Assembly (NCBI GenBank): GCA_018825365.1 | Contig: JAHJEV010000003.1 | Coordinates: 317,387 to 381,386, forward strand | DNA: 64,000 bases | Direction of reading: 5' to 3' | From: Patescibacteria group bacterium | GTDB lineage: Bacteria; Patescibacteriota; WWE3; UBA101185; UBA10185 | Part shown: one piece after another, positions 12,790 through 23,600 of the stretch | How positions within the stretch are numbered: the stretch's first letter is position 1 | Layout of the letters: every line of letters starts with the position of its first letter | Translations under genes and position numbers: made by a program | The notes under the pieces: generated by a model | Database searches by the model: none | Told to the model about the DNA's origin: nothing | What the model saw: only the letters and a program-made list of their open reading frames with translations

Positions 12790-14285
12790 ACACCAATAAC
12801 AATTAAACCCATTATCCCAACTAAGGTTAGATAGATAAGACATGGTATTATTAACCCCTTCAAAACGAATCTTGTCTGGTTTTTTAAGTTAACCACTGCT
12901 TCTGCTGAAATAACATCAGCAAGAGCAATCATATTCCCCGCAGCTCCCCCAATTAAACCTAAAGACAAAATAATTGCCGGATAATAATTAAGTGCTAAAC
13001 TCGCCGAATTTAAAAAACTACCAAACATTATGTTAGAAACCGTGACACTGCCCGTAATAAAGCCACCAAAAGCTCCGATAAAAGGAGCCAAAAAAGGAAG
13101 CGATTTAAGTTCAAACGCCTTTGAAATAGTCGTTAGTGATGATGGAAGTCCCGATAGATTGTTTCCGGAGTTTATCATCAGCTGAACCAGTGCAGACATA
13201 GAAACAACAACCAAGAAAGGGTTGATGCTTCTTTTCAGAGCTGACCCTGAACTTTTCAATACCAAGTTTCCTTTTCCCCATAATAAAGCAATAGGCAACC
13301 CGGCTACTAAAAACGCTAAACCTGGATTGAATAGGTTCAGTTTGTAGCTGAAACCCCAAGGAAATTCTAAATTAATACTTCCCAAAACAAATTTCCCGAC
13401 AATTAATAAACCTATTAACAAAATGTATGGGATTATTACTTTGTAAGCCGGTAATTTAACCTCCATCACTTTTGCCTCTTCCAAGTGTCTTTTATTTTTC
13501 GGCACAAACAAACCAAGCTTTATTGTTATTAATATCAAAACCATTCCAATTAAGGATCCTAATATCGATGGGAACTCGGGTCCCAGTTTTGAAACGAGGT
13601 ATGATGGCACCACAAACGCCACCCCTGCCCAAATAGCAAAAGGAACAGCTTCCCAAAAATTCTTCCATCTGTCTTTTTGGATGGAGGCTAAGATCCACAA
13701 CATAAAAACAGGAACTAAAAACCCCGCGAGGTTAAAAATGGTTCCGTATTTAGTAACTTCAGAAACATCAAGTCCTGCAAATCCAACCCGCACCGGGGTT
13801 CCTACCGCCCCAAAGGCTCCTGCTGTGCTATTACCTAACATACCAATCGTTACCGCTGTAAGTGGAGAAAGACCAATACTAACCAGAAGTGGAACAACAA
13901 TACTGGCAGGAGTTCCAAATCCGGCGGTCCCTTCAATAAAACCCTCAAACATCCAAGCAAGAAGGATTACTTGCACCCTGTAATCCTTAAGCAGCGATTT
14001 GAGATAATAACTTACATTTTCTATTATCTTAAGATTGCTCAAAACCTCCAGAAAAAAAATTGCTCCAAAGATAATTACAAAAATATCGAACGCAACTAAA
14101 GTCCCTTTAATAAACGAATTTAAAACAAACAAGGGCAGTATTTTCCAATAATATATTTTCAAAGCCAGAGTCAAACCTACCGTTATGATAGAAACATTTA
14201 AAAGAGGCAGTTTTGCCGCTAACAAAAGTACTAGAAACAATATAAAGGGGGTGATAGATAATATCAGAGGAACATTAAAATGCAT
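12786..14285 (-). CDS. L-lactate permease family transporter (LctP)
   Basis: 499 aa polytopic membrane protein; EGFIEGTAGFGTPASIVVPLLVSIGLSPLTAVTIGMLGNSTAGAFGAVGTPV aligns well to the conserved LctP core (recalled E. coli LldP GFAFGAFLEGAAGFGAPVAI...). Confidence 0.7.
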   Translation of the reverse strand: MHFNVPLILSITPFILFLVLLLAAKLPLLNVSIITVGLTLALKIYYWKILPLFVLNSFIKGTLVAFDIFVIIFGAIFFLEVLSNLKIIENVSYYLKSLLKDYRVQVILLAWMFEGFIEGTAGFGTPASIVVPLLVSIGLSPLTAVTIGMLGNSTAGAFGAVGTPVRVGFAGLDVSEVTKYGTIFNLAGFLVPVFMLWILASIQKDRWKNFWEAVPFAIWAGVAFVVPSYLVSKLGPEFPSILGSLIGMVLILITIKLGLFVPKNKRHLEEAKVMEVKLPAYKVIIPYILLIGLLIVGKFVLGSINLEFPWGFSYKLNLFNPGLAFLVAGLPIALLWGKGNLVLKSSGSALKRSINPFLVVVSMSALVQLMINSGNNLSGLPSSLTTISKAFELKSLPFLAPFIGAFGGFITGSVTVSNIMFGSFLNSASLALNYYPAIILSLGLIGGAAGNMIALADVISAEAVVNLKNQTRFVLKGLIIPCLIYLTLVGIMGLIVIGV

Positions 14286-14329
14286 TGTTATATTATCTTA
14301 TATTGTGAAAACTACTTTGTCTAAAGTAT

Positions 14330-16882
14330 TCAGATGCTCTTTCCATGACAATTCTTGTATTTTTTCCCACTTCCACAAGGACAGGGGTCGTTTCTTCCAA
14401 CCTTCTCTTTCCCAGATTCGATTTTCTCTATCTTTATTTCCCTCCCGGTTTCATCCACTAATTTCTGTTGGGATATTTCCTGACCCTCCTGCGAAACTCC
14501 TGTTTCCAGTTCCCCGTGTTTATAAGATAATCTCCCCTCACGTATTTTTTTCTCTTCCCTCATACCTACAGCCTCACTACTTACCGCCAGCAGCCTTTCG
14601 CCAACCATCGAGTAAACTTTAGAAACTAAAATTTCAAACCTTTCATGGCCTTCTCTTTTGTATTCAACCATCGGATCTCTTTGAGCGTAGCCTCTAAGAC
14701 CTATTCCTTCTCTTACCTGGTCCATGTCAACCAGGTGATCCATCCAAAGGTAATCTATAACCGGTCTGCTAAATGCACTTACAATTTGAAGCCAGATTTC
14801 TTTTCCAAATTCTTTTTCTTTTTTCTCCCATGTTTCAAAACTAAAATCAGAAAATTTCCCTAGTTGTTTAACCAACCACTGCTTGTTTTCCTCGTTCCCC
14901 TCGCCCATTTCAAGAATTCTTCTTCTTAGTTTATAAATAACTTCTCGATGGGTATTCATAATATCGTCCATCTCAACAAGCTGTTTTCTTCTGTCAAAGT
15001 TAAAACCCTCAACCCTTTTTTGGGCATTTTCTATCGCTTTTGAAACAACGCCGGCCTCAAGAGGCACGCTCTCATCCAGACCAAATTTTTCCATAATCCC
15101 GGAGACCCTATCCCCACCAAAGATTCGCATAAGGTCATCCTGCAAAGATACAAAGAATTTTGATCTTCCGGGATCTCCCTGACGACCGGACCTGCCTCTT
15201 AATTGGTTATCGATTCTTCTTGATTCATGCCTTTCAGTACCAATTACGTAAAGACCTCCGGACTCCAAAACTTTCTTTTGATCCTCGGGATTTTGGGGAT
15301 CCCCTCCAAGAAGAATGTCTACTCCTCGCCCCGCCATGTTTGTGGAAATAGTTACTGCTCCCGGTCTTCCTGCCTGAGCTATAATCAAAGCCTCTCTTTC
15401 ATGATTTTTTGCATTTAAAATTTCGTGCTGAATTCCCCTTCTTTGCAAGAAGTTATGAAGTAACTCACTCTTATCAACAGACGTGGTACCAACAAGTACG
15501 GGCTGCATAATTTTGTAACTTGCTGCTATTTCATCAGCCACAGCCTTGAACTTTCCTGCCTCTGTTTTATAAACGACATCGTTCTCATCTTTTCTTATAC
15601 ATGTGTTATTTGGCGGAATTGCAACTACATCTAATTTATAGATCTTGAAAAACTCTTCCGATTCGGTAACGGCAGTGCCAGTCATACCAGAAAGTTTCTT
15701 GTACATTCTAAAATAGTTTTGGTAAGAAATTTCAGCTAGAGTTTTTGATTCCTGCTGGATTGTTACACCCTCTTTGGCTTCGATTGCCTGGTGAAGACCG
15801 TATGAAAATCTATTGTTAGTTAAAAGTCTTCCGGTGAACTGATCAACAATAACAACGGCCTCATTTTTTACAACATAATCTCTGTCTTTCTCATACAAAG
15901 TGTTTGCGGCCAAAGCTTGTTCGATAAGGTGTACCATTTCAAAATCCTGTTCATACAAATTGTCTATTCCCAAAAGCCTTTCAACTCTTCGTATGCCCAA
16001 ATCGGTTAACGTTACATTCTTAAACTTCTCCTCCATCTCAAAGTCAGTGTCTTTTATCAGGGATTTTATAATGGCATTCGATTGATGGTATCTTTCACTT
16101 GGTTTAGCGTCCGCAGCGGAGATAATAAGTGGGGTCCTGGCAACATCTATTAATATAGAGTCGACTTCGTCAACTATCGCATAATTATGAACTCCCCAAT
16201 CTCCATTAGGATTTGTTTGGACCATGTCATCCAATCGAGCAACCATGTTATCTCTTAGATAATCAAATCCAAACTCATGATTAGTTCCATAAATTACATC
16301 GCACTTGTAAGCTTCTTGTCTCGGAACTTCTCTCAGATGAACTGCGTAGGCATCCTCAAATTCGGTGCCGTTGTACGTCGGATCAAAAACAAAGGCTCTT
16401 TCCTGCATTATTACTCCAACAGACACACCTAAGTAACCATAAACTGAACCCATCCAACCCGCACCGTGCCTTGCAAGATAATCATTGGGTGTAATAAGTG
16501 TAACTCCTTTTCCAGTAAGAGAATTTAAATATAAAGGAAGGGTTGCGGTTAGGGTTTTTCCCTCACCTGTTTTTTGCTCTGCAATCTTTCCCTGATGAAG
16601 GACAATACCAGCCATAAGCTGGACATCAAAATGCCTCTGACCCAAGGATCTCACAGCTGACTCACGGCCCAATGCGAAAACTTCGGGGAGAATTTCGTTA
16701 AGATACCTCTCTTTATCGCCATCGCTTAATTTTTTAAGTTCCGATCTGAAGTAGTTTGTCTTATCTTTTATTTCTTGCGCGGACAGCTTTTTAACCTGTT
16801 CTTCAAGATTATTTATCTGATAAACAATTGGGATTATTTTCTTAAGCTGTTTTTCATTTGTATCAAAAAGTTTGCCGAACAT
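14330..16882 (-). CDS. secA: Preprotein translocase ATPase SecA
   Basis: 850 aa; DEAD-like motor motifs; C-terminal zinc-binding CPCGSGKKYKNCHG tail. Confidence 0.95.
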   Translation of the reverse strand: MFGKLFDTNEKQLKKIIPIVYQINNLEEQVKKLSAQEIKDKTNYFRSELKKLSDGDKERYLNEILPEVFALGRESAVRSLGQRHFDVQLMAGIVLHQGKIAEQKTGEGKTLTATLPLYLNSLTGKGVTLITPNDYLARHGAGWMGSVYGYLGVSVGVIMQERAFVFDPTYNGTEFEDAYAVHLREVPRQEAYKCDVIYGTNHEFGFDYLRDNMVARLDDMVQTNPNGDWGVHNYAIVDEVDSILIDVARTPLIISAADAKPSERYHQSNAIIKSLIKDTDFEMEEKFKNVTLTDLGIRRVERLLGIDNLYEQDFEMVHLIEQALAANTLYEKDRDYVVKNEAVVIVDQFTGRLLTNNRFSYGLHQAIEAKEGVTIQQESKTLAEISYQNYFRMYKKLSGMTGTAVTESEEFFKIYKLDVVAIPPNNTCIRKDENDVVYKTEAGKFKAVADEIAASYKIMQPVLVGTTSVDKSELLHNFLQRRGIQHEILNAKNHEREALIIAQAGRPGAVTISTNMAGRGVDILLGGDPQNPEDQKKVLESGGLYVIGTERHESRRIDNQLRGRSGRQGDPGRSKFFVSLQDDLMRIFGGDRVSGIMEKFGLDESVPLEAGVVSKAIENAQKRVEGFNFDRRKQLVEMDDIMNTHREVIYKLRRRILEMGEGNEENKQWLVKQLGKFSDFSFETWEKKEKEFGKEIWLQIVSAFSRPVIDYLWMDHLVDMDQVREGIGLRGYAQRDPMVEYKREGHERFEILVSKVYSMVGERLLAVSSEAVGMREEKKIREGRLSYKHGELETGVSQEGQEISQQKLVDETGREIKIEKIESGKEKVGRNDPCPCGSGKKYKNCHGKSI

Positions 16883-16946
16883 AATAGCTCGATTTTAACA
16901 CAAACAAAAAAACTAGCAGTTTAAGGGACAGCTTGAAAAATCTTAC

Positions 16947-17768
16947 TTATTTGAAATAAAAAAATATTAAAGCCAAAGCAAGTAAAGCTCTATAAATTAT
17001 GAAGGGGTATAAGGTATTTGTTTTTACAAATCTCATTAAGAATTTTATCGCAACTACCCCAATCAAAAATGCGGATACAAACCCTATTAATAAAGAGGTT
17101 GTTCCTGAAGCAAAAAGCAACCTATAAGATTTTAGTAAACTAAAAAAACCTGCTGCCAAAACAGCGGGTATGGAAAGAAGAAATGAAAATCTCGTGGCAT
17201 CTTTTCTGCTTAAACCAAATATCATTCCTCCTGATATTGTAGAACCGGATCTTGAAACACCCGGTAGTAAAGAAAGAACCTGAAACAGACCAACCCCCAA
17301 ACCTTTTTTGACTGAAACCTCATCTTTTACAATAAGACGTTTGCCAAATCCTCTTTCGCCTATAAACATAAGGATGCTTCCAAAAATAAGTGCTGCGGCA
17401 ACCCACATTAAAGTTCCGGTGAGATTTTCTATTTTATCTCCCCAAAGGTAACCGATTACTCCAACAGGTATTGATCCAATTAATATTGCTAGGCCTAAAA
17501 CCCCATTCGAAGAGTACTCTTTTAAGGAAAGCCTGTGAGATGAAAAGATGTCGTTGAAAAATGCCTTAATTATACTAATAATATCTTTCCAAAAACATAC
17601 AGCCAGTGCTAAGGCTGTTGCCAAATGCATAGTTGTATCAAAAACCAAAGGTTGGTCTTGCCAACCCAAAATCTTAGGAACAACTATCAAATGACCGGAC
17701 GATGAAATTGGAAGAAACTCTGTAATTCCCTGAATTATTCCTAGAATTAATGCTTGGAAAGGATGCAA
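16947..17768 (-). CDS. uppP: Undecaprenyl-diphosphatase (BacA/UppP)
   Basis: 273 aa; GITEFLPISSSGHL and SRSGSTISGG motifs; 8 TM helices. Confidence 0.85.
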   Translation of the reverse strand: MHPFQALILGIIQGITEFLPISSSGHLIVVPKILGWQDQPLVFDTTMHLATALALAVCFWKDIISIIKAFFNDIFSSHRLSLKEYSSNGVLGLAILIGSIPVGVIGYLWGDKIENLTGTLMWVAAALIFGSILMFIGERGFGKRLIVKDEVSVKKGLGVGLFQVLSLLPGVSRSGSTISGGMIFGLSRKDATRFSFLLSIPAVLAAGFFSLLKSYRLLFASGTTSLLIGFVSAFLIGVVAIKFLMRFVKTNTLYPFIIYRALLALALIFFYFK

Positions 17769-17771
17769 TTT

Positions 17772-18461
17772 TTAAACCCTTCCATAAACTAAGATGTTAT
17801 CGGAGTTTGTGTACCCGGCAACAACCTCGGATTTAGTATCACCTAAAAACTCCTCAACCTGATTAACAAAATTGTTCACGTCCTCCTGATGTTCTTCGGT
17901 ATAAATTCTGTTGAAAACAATAAGCCCACCGGGAGTTACTAACCTTTTTAAGGCGGCTATAAAATTTCCAGTCCGACCAAGGTCTGGATACTGATCTCCA
18001 ACAAAAATATCAACAAACAACACATCGAAACTACCTTGGGCCAAATCAAACTCTTCCGGTTCAACCACAACTCTTAAGGCATCTGCCTCAATGACTCTGT
18101 GGTTATTTATTGAATCCAAACCAAAATACTTCTTCGCCACATCAACCATCACGGGGTCAAACTCAACGCTTACTATCTGAGCCTCTAAAAGTTTTTTGGA
18201 AAGAATACTTGCCACAGTTCCGCCACCAAGACCCAGCATTAAAATCCTTTTTGCATTTGGTGCCTCTCTCAAAATAAGCGCTGCGGCTTTTCCCGAAAAT
18301 ATCTTTGGACAGCTCGGAGAAGTTTCGTTTATTGATTGCAAAACATTATTGGCTATAAGTTTTCTCGTCTTTCCAACTTCTATAACTCTAATTTTTCCAT
18401 TTAATTTTGAGTCAACCTCATATATAACTTTTGGGTATTTTAAGCTATCAAATACGCTCAT
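17772..18461 (-). CDS. Spermidine synthase-like SAM-dependent methyltransferase-fold protein
   Basis: 229 aa; LMLGLGGGTVASIL (glycine-rich SAM/dcSAM loop) then FDVLFVDIF, resembling the PABS/SpeE core; lacks the SpeE N-terminal domain. Confidence 0.5.
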   Translation of the reverse strand: MSVFDSLKYPKVIYEVDSKLNGKIRVIEVGKTRKLIANNVLQSINETSPSCPKIFSGKAAALILREAPNAKRILMLGLGGGTVASILSKKLLEAQIVSVEFDPVMVDVAKKYFGLDSINNHRVIEADALRVVVEPEEFDLAQGSFDVLFVDIFVGDQYPDLGRTGNFIAALKRLVTPGGLIVFNRIYTEEHQEDVNNFVNQVEEFLGDTKSEVVAGYTNSDNILVYGRV

Positions 18462-18480
18462 TGCTTAAATCCTAACATAA

Positions 18481-19830
18481 TTACTTTTTCGGAAGTATCC
18501 TCTTAAACCCGCTATATTTCTGCAAAGCTTTAGGAATATTAACAGATCCGTCTTTTTGTTGATGGTTTTCCAAAATCGCAATAATTATTCTACCAAATGC
18601 GGCTCCTGTATCATTGACGGTTCTTGCAAGTTTTGTCCCGTTACCATCTTTATACTTAATATTTAGCCTCCTCGCTTGGTAGTCAGTTGTCATTGTATCT
18701 GTTCCGACTTCCATATATTCCTTTTCTTTAGGTCTCCAAGCCTCAACATCGTACTGAAAGTATGATGCGTTATAACCGCAGTCCCCAGTACATTTGTTAA
18801 CAACTCTATAAGGAATTTCCAGCTTTTGGAAAAGCCACTCGTTTATTTCCATAAACTCATCAAAAACTTCTCTTTCCTGTTCTTCTGTACACACACAATT
18901 CATCTCAAGCTTGTCGAACTGATGAACTCTTTTTATCCCCCTAACATCCTTGCCCCAAGAACCAACCTCGCTCCTAAAACAGGTTGTTTGGGCGTATATC
19001 TTTATCGGGAGCTCTTCTTTTTTCAAAACCTTATCCATGAAATAGGAAAAATTAGAGGGCTCGGCAGAACCTACCAAAAACAAACTACTTCCCTCTTCAA
19101 CATTCTCGTTTTTTACTTCGTAAACCTGAGACCTTCCCTCCGGAAAGTGGCTTGTTCCAAAAAGAGATCTTTCCTTAACGAGAAGCGGAGGAACCATAGG
19201 AATAAATTTTCTTCTTAAAAGTTCCTTCTTTAATAACGAGGAGATCGCGTCTTGAAGAACAGTCGCTTCGTTTTTCAAATAACAAAACCTACTTCCGGAG
19301 ACTTTCCCGCTTTGCTCAACATCAATAATATCTAGCTTTTCGCCTATCTCTATGTGATCTTTATAAGGAAATTCCTCCCCGGGGGCATAAGACACATCAT
19401 CATATGGCAGCGAATCCTTCATTTTCAGATAGCCCTTCCTTGGATTCCAAACCTTAACGATAAGGTTATCGTGTTCGTCTTTTCCAACGGGCATTTCTTT
19501 TGAAACAACGTTAGGAATAAGAGGCAACATTTCATCAATTTCTTTTCTTAATTCATCCAGCTCTTTTTCCATATCGGAAAGTTCTGTTTTCATCTCTGTA
19601 GCTTTGGAAATCAGTCCCCCTTTTTCGGATTCTTTAGCCTTTGAAATATCCAAGGATATGTTATTTCGAAGATTTCTTAAAGTCTCAACCTTCTTTAAAA
19701 CATCGATGTATTTCTCGTGAATTTCCAGTAACTTCTCGACATCAACACCTTTAGCCTTCCTGCTTACGATCACTTTTTTTACTTCGTCCTTGTTTTGTTT
19801 AATATAGTTTATGTCTAGCATCCTATTCAT
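18481..19830 (-). CDS. serS: Seryl-tRNA synthetase
   Basis: 449 aa; N-terminal coiled-coil arm and class II core motifs typical of SerS. Confidence 0.9.
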   Translation of the reverse strand: MNRMLDINYIKQNKDEVKKVIVSRKAKGVDVEKLLEIHEKYIDVLKKVETLRNLRNNISLDISKAKESEKGGLISKATEMKTELSDMEKELDELRKEIDEMLPLIPNVVSKEMPVGKDEHDNLIVKVWNPRKGYLKMKDSLPYDDVSYAPGEEFPYKDHIEIGEKLDIIDVEQSGKVSGSRFCYLKNEATVLQDAISSLLKKELLRRKFIPMVPPLLVKERSLFGTSHFPEGRSQVYEVKNENVEEGSSLFLVGSAEPSNFSYFMDKVLKKEELPIKIYAQTTCFRSEVGSWGKDVRGIKRVHQFDKLEMNCVCTEEQEREVFDEFMEINEWLFQKLEIPYRVVNKCTGDCGYNASYFQYDVEAWRPKEKEYMEVGTDTMTTDYQARRLNIKYKDGNGTKLARTVNDTGAAFGRIIIAILENHQQKDGSVNIPKALQKYSGFKRILPKK

Positions 19831-19992
19831 TAAAGCGTGTTTTTATTGCTTTTTCAACAAGTGATGGTAATATAAATCCATATATTTCCAAGGAATTGGC
19901 TGTATTACCAAGGTTTTGGGATAAAGTTCCAGGAATAAATCTCCCGGACACATTTTTTGTAAGTTCGGGTTTTTACTGCCAAATGGGACTTA

Positions 19993-20021
19993 TTGACCTT
20001 GTAGCTTTGCTCTGATACAAT
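19993..20021 (+). promoter_or_regulatory. Putative sigma70-type promoter for the infA-rpmJ-rpsM-rpsK-rpsD-rpoA-rplQ gene block
   Basis: TTGACC (19993..19998), 17-nt spacer, TACAAT (20016..20021), about 20 nt upstream of the infA ATG. Confidence 0.4.
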
Positions 20022-20040
20022 CAAGCGCGTCGTTTAAACG

Positions 20041-20259
20041 ATGGGTACAAAAGAAGTAATAACAAAAGAAGGAAAAGTAATAGAGACCCTCATGAGCGGT
20101 ATGTTTAAGATTCAATTTGCTGACGAAACGACAGCTTTGGCTATGATTTCCGGCAAAATGAGAAAACAACACATAAGGGTTTTGGTTGGAGACGGCGTGA
20201 GAGTGGAATTTTCTCCTCACGATCTAACCAGAGGAAGAATTACTTTCCGACTTAAATAA
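20041..20259 (+). CDS. infA: Translation initiation factor IF-1
   Basis: 72 aa; S1-like OB fold sequence typical of IF-1. Confidence 0.9.
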   Translation: MGTKEVITKEGKVIETLMSGMFKIQFADETTALAMISGKMRKQHIRVLVGDGVRVEFSPHDLTRGRITFRLK

Positions 20260-20266
20260 ATAAAAT

Positions 20267-20383
20267 ATGAAAGTAAGATCGTCAGTAAAACCAATTTGCA
20301 GAGAATGCAAAATAGTAAAAAGACAGGGAGTTGTTAGGGTTATTTGTAAAAGAAACCCCAAACACAAGCAAAGACAGGGATAA
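20267..20383 (+). CDS. rpmJ: 50S ribosomal protein L36
   Basis: This ORF is below the supplied track's size cutoff. ATG at 20267 to TAA at 20381 gives [38 protein letters not shown] (38 aa), the L36 zinc-ribbon consensus, between infA and rpsM. Confidence 0.85.
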   Translation: MKVRSSVKPICRECKIVKRQGVVRVICKRNPKHKQRQG

Positions 20384-20386
20384 TCT

Positions 20387-20773
20387 ATGCCAAGAATTAA
20401 GGGTGTTGATATACCAAACGAAAAAAGAATAGAAATTGCCTTAACCTATATTGAAGGTATAGGTTTGACACAGTCTAAAAAGATATTGGAACTGGCAAAA
20501 ATAAACCCCGATACCAGAGCAAAAGACTTGACTGATGAAAACATCGCCCATATAAACACTGCTGTATCTGAAGTTGGAATACCAATTGAGGGAGAACTTA
20601 GAAGAATTGTTGCCTCAAACATAAGAAGACTAAAAGAAATTAAAAGCTACAGAGGCTTAAGACACTACCACGGACTACCTACCAGAGGACAAAGAACAAG
20701 AACAAACGCCAGAACAAGAAAAGGAAAAAGAAAGACAGTTGGCGGCATGAAGAAAAAGTTAGAGAAGAAATAA
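20387..20773 (+). CDS. rpsM: 30S ribosomal protein S13
   Basis: 128 aa; [27 protein letters not shown]13 N-terminus. Confidence 0.95.
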   Translation: MPRIKGVDIPNEKRIEIALTYIEGIGLTQSKKILELAKINPDTRAKDLTDENIAHINTAVSEVGIPIEGELRRIVASNIRRLKEIKSYRGLRHYHGLPTRGQRTRTNARTRKGKRKTVGGMKKKLEKK

Positions 20774-20783
20774 TAAATAATCT

Positions 20784-21158
20784 ATGCCAAAGAAAAAGAA
20801 AGAAAAAATTATTACACAAAGCGGAAAAGCCTTCGTAACTGCCGGTATGAATAACACCATCATTACTATAACTGATGATAAAGGTAACGCTCTTTTTTCA
20901 GGCAGCTCCGGTAAATCAGGGTTTAAGGGTTCTAGAAAATCAACACCTTATGCGGCTACAAAGGCAGCCGAACAGGCGGGAATTCAAGCTTACGCCGCAG
21001 GGGTAAGAGAAGTTGCAGTATTTGTTAAAGGACCCGGAATGGGAAGAATATCCTCAATTAAAGCCCTAAGATCCGCAGGACTTAATGTCGTGTCAATTTC
21101 GGATCAAACTCCCATCCCCCACAACGGATGCCGACCGAAGAATAAAAGAAGGATCTAA
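20784..21158 (+). CDS. rpsK: 30S ribosomal protein S11
   Basis: 124 aa; typical S11 core. Confidence 0.95.
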   Translation: MPKKKKEKIITQSGKAFVTAGMNNTIITITDDKGNALFSGSSGKSGFKGSRKSTPYAATKAAEQAGIQAYAAGVREVAVFVKGPGMGRISSIKALRSAGLNVVSISDQTPIPHNGCRPKNKRRI

Positions 21159-21160
21159 TA

Positions 21161-21763
21161 ATGGCTAGGTATACTGATGCAAAATGCAGATTGTGCAGAA
21201 GAGAAGGAGTAAAACTCAATCTTAAGGGTATTAAATGCGACGGAGACAAATGTCCTTTTAATAAAAAACCCCAAGCTCCTGGGCAACACGGATTAAGCAG
21301 AAAACCCCTCTCGCAATACGGGAGGCAATTAAGAGAAAAGCAAAAAGCAAAAAGAATCTATGGGATATTGGAAAGACAATTTAGCAATTATGTCAAAGAG
21401 TCTTTGAAAACAAAAGGCGTTTCAGGAAATATTTTAATTCAAAAACTTGAATCAAGACTTGATAATATCGTTTATAGAAGTGGCTTTGCCGTTTCGCGCG
21501 CACAGGCAAGACAGAATGTCAGAAGGAATCTTTATATGATAAACGATAAGGTTGCAACGATTCCGGCAATGCAAGTCAAAATTGGTGATATAATCAAGCC
21601 CGTCAGCTTTGAAAAGATACATTTAAGAGAAGGTTTTGTAATGCCAGAGTGGCTTTCAGCTGATTTGAAAGAAAAATGCGTAAAGTACGTTAGATTTCCA
21701 TCTACGGATGACCTTCAGGAAGTTATAAATGTCCAGTCAATTATTGAATTTTATTCTAGGTAA
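21161..21763 (+). CDS. rpsD: 30S ribosomal protein S4
   Basis: 200 aa; MARYTDAKCRLCRREG zinc-finger N-terminus and S4 domain. Confidence 0.95.
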   Translation: MARYTDAKCRLCRREGVKLNLKGIKCDGDKCPFNKKPQAPGQHGLSRKPLSQYGRQLREKQKAKRIYGILERQFSNYVKESLKTKGVSGNILIQKLESRLDNIVYRSGFAVSRAQARQNVRRNLYMINDKVATIPAMQVKIGDIIKPVSFEKIHLREGFVMPEWLSADLKEKCVKYVRFPSTDDLQEVINVQSIIEFYSR

Positions 21764-21784
21764 TTTTTTAAAAGGAGGAAACTT

Positions 21785-22699
21785 ATGATAGTTACGAAAG
21801 AAAATTTAAAGATAAACACCGTAAAAGAAGAGGGAAATCTTGGTGTTTTCTCATTTGAGCCGCTCCCTACCGGCTTTGGCTATACACTGGCCAATGCTTT
21901 AAGAAGGGTCTTAATGACCTCGATAGCAGGCGCTGCTGTAACTCAGGTAAAAGTTTCCGGGGCAACTCATCAATTCACAACAATCCCGGGAGTAAAAGAG
22001 GATATTGTTGAAATAACACTTAATTTGAAGAGACTAAGATTCAAAGTTTTCACTGACCAGCCAGTAATCGCAACCATAAGTAAAAAAGGTGCCGGAAAGG
22101 TTACCGGAAAAGATATCGAAACTTCATCTGATGTTGAGGTTATGAATAAAGATCAACACATAGCAACTCTTGCCGATGCAAAGTCAAAACTTGAAATGGA
22201 ATTAACAGTCGAACCGGGAACAGGATACTCACCGATGGAAGAAAGACAAACTTCAAAAATAGGAGTTATAGTTCTTGATGCTTTGTTCTCCCCTATTGTC
22301 AGTGCCAACTATGAAATTGAACCCGCTAGATTTGGTGGAAGAACAGATTTAGATAAAATAATCTTCACAATCGAAACAGACGGCAGTATTTCTCCAAAGG
22401 AAGCATTGGTTGAAGCCTCAAAAATCCTCAGAGACTACTATGTGACCTTCGAAGAATGGAAAATCGAAACTTCAGAACCAGAAGAAGTTAAGAAAAGCAC
22501 AAAACTTGCCGAGGATGTTTCGGTTGAGGAGCTTCCCCTTCAGACAAGAACTATCAACGCTTTAAGAAAAAGCAAGATAATAACTCTTCATGAATTGGCC
22601 AAAAAAACCAACGAGGAGCTTGAAGATATCAAAAATATCGGTGAGAAATCATTACAGGAAATAAAGGACTTACTGGTAAAGGAAGGTTTCAGAAAGTAA
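21785..22699 (+). CDS. rpoA: DNA-directed RNA polymerase subunit alpha
   Basis: 304 aa; NTD dimerisation region and CTD (ELPLQTRTINALRK). Confidence 0.95.
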   Translation: MIVTKENLKINTVKEEGNLGVFSFEPLPTGFGYTLANALRRVLMTSIAGAAVTQVKVSGATHQFTTIPGVKEDIVEITLNLKRLRFKVFTDQPVIATISKKGAGKVTGKDIETSSDVEVMNKDQHIATLADAKSKLEMELTVEPGTGYSPMEERQTSKIGVIVLDALFSPIVSANYEIEPARFGGRTDLDKIIFTIETDGSISPKEALVEASKILRDYYVTFEEWKIETSEPEEVKKSTKLAEDVSVEELPLQTRTINALRKSKIITLHELAKKTNEELEDIKNIGEKSLQEIKDLLVKEGFRK

Positions 22700-22716
22700 G
22701 AAATTAATAAGGTATC

Positions 22717-23187
22717 ATGAGACATCGAGTTAACAAGAAAACACTAAACAGAACGTACGATCAAAGAAGAGCCTTATTTACGGGGATGGCGGCTGATTTG
22801 ATTCAAAACGGAAAGATAAATACAACACTTGCCAAAGCAAAAGTCATAAGACCATACGTTGAAAAACTTGTCACCAGGGCAGTAAAGGCTAGTAAATCCA
22901 GCGATAAAATCGTAAAGTTCAATACCTTAAAGCTTATCAGAAAACACCTTCGATCCGAGCTTGCGATAAGAAAACTTTTAGTTGACGTGGCACCTAAATT
23001 CGAGAACAGAGCCGGAGGATACACAAGGATTGTAAAAATAGGAAACAGAGATGGGGACAATGCATCTCTAGCCAGAATAGAATTTGTTGAAAATACATCA
23101 GCAAAAGTAGAAGCAAAAACCGAGAAAAAAACTACCAAAAAGAAAATTGTAAAAGAAGAAAAGAAAGATGAAAAGAACACCAAATAA
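22717..23187 (+). CDS. rplQ: 50S ribosomal protein L17 with Lys-rich C-terminal extension
   Basis: 156 aa; L17 core followed by a KTEKKTTKKKIVKEEKKDEKNTK tail. Confidence 0.9.
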   Translation: MRHRVNKKTLNRTYDQRRALFTGMAADLIQNGKINTTLAKAKVIRPYVEKLVTRAVKASKSSDKIVKFNTLKLIRKHLRSELAIRKLLVDVAPKFENRAGGYTRIVKIGNRDGDNASLARIEFVENTSAKVEAKTEKKTTKKKIVKEEKKDEKNTK

Positions 23188-23599
23188 AACAACTGTTTTA
23201 AACCTTCAGAAAAAAGAAACTAACTGGCATTTGATAGATGCTAAAGATCAGATATTGGGAAAGATTGCTGTTAAGATAACGGATGTTTTGGTGGGAAAGG
23301 ACAAAGCCGAGTATCTTCCAAATCAAAACTGGGGAGATAAAGTTGTTGTTATAAATACAGAGCAAATAGATGTAACCGGGAAAAAAATGACAGATAAAAT
23401 CTATTATCACAACACACTATTCCCAAAAGGATTAAGGAGTGAAAATTTACAAACATTACTTAAAAGAAAACCAGAGGAAGTTTTGAAAAAAGCAATTTAT
23501 GGAATGCTTCCAAAAAACAAACTTAGAAAAGAAAGGATGGCCAATTTATATATTTATGTAGGAGATAAACATCCTCACCAAGCGCAACTTGTAAAATAA
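23168..23599 (+). CDS. rplM: 50S ribosomal protein L13
   Basis: 143 aa; WHLIDAKDQILGKIA L13 signature. Confidence 0.9.
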   Translation: MKRTPNKTTVLNLQKKETNWHLIDAKDQILGKIAVKITDVLVGKDKAEYLPNQNWGDKVVVINTEQIDVTGKKMTDKIYYHNTLFPKGLRSENLQTLLKRKPEEVLKKAIYGMLPKNKLRKERMANLYIYVGDKHPHQAQLVK

Positions 23600-23600
23600 C

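Noticed and set aside
14185-14622. Multiple >100-aa antisense or overlapping ORFs from the six-frame track (14185..14622, 18826..19218, 22803..23192, 23546..23920, 31187..31624, 38245..38799, 45030..45389, 46436..46837, 53328..53765, 58160..58693)
   Set aside because: Each lies inside or antisense to a well-supported conserved gene, has low-complexity or Ser/Cys/Phe-biased composition typical of shadow frames in AT-rich DNA, and has no family resemblance.
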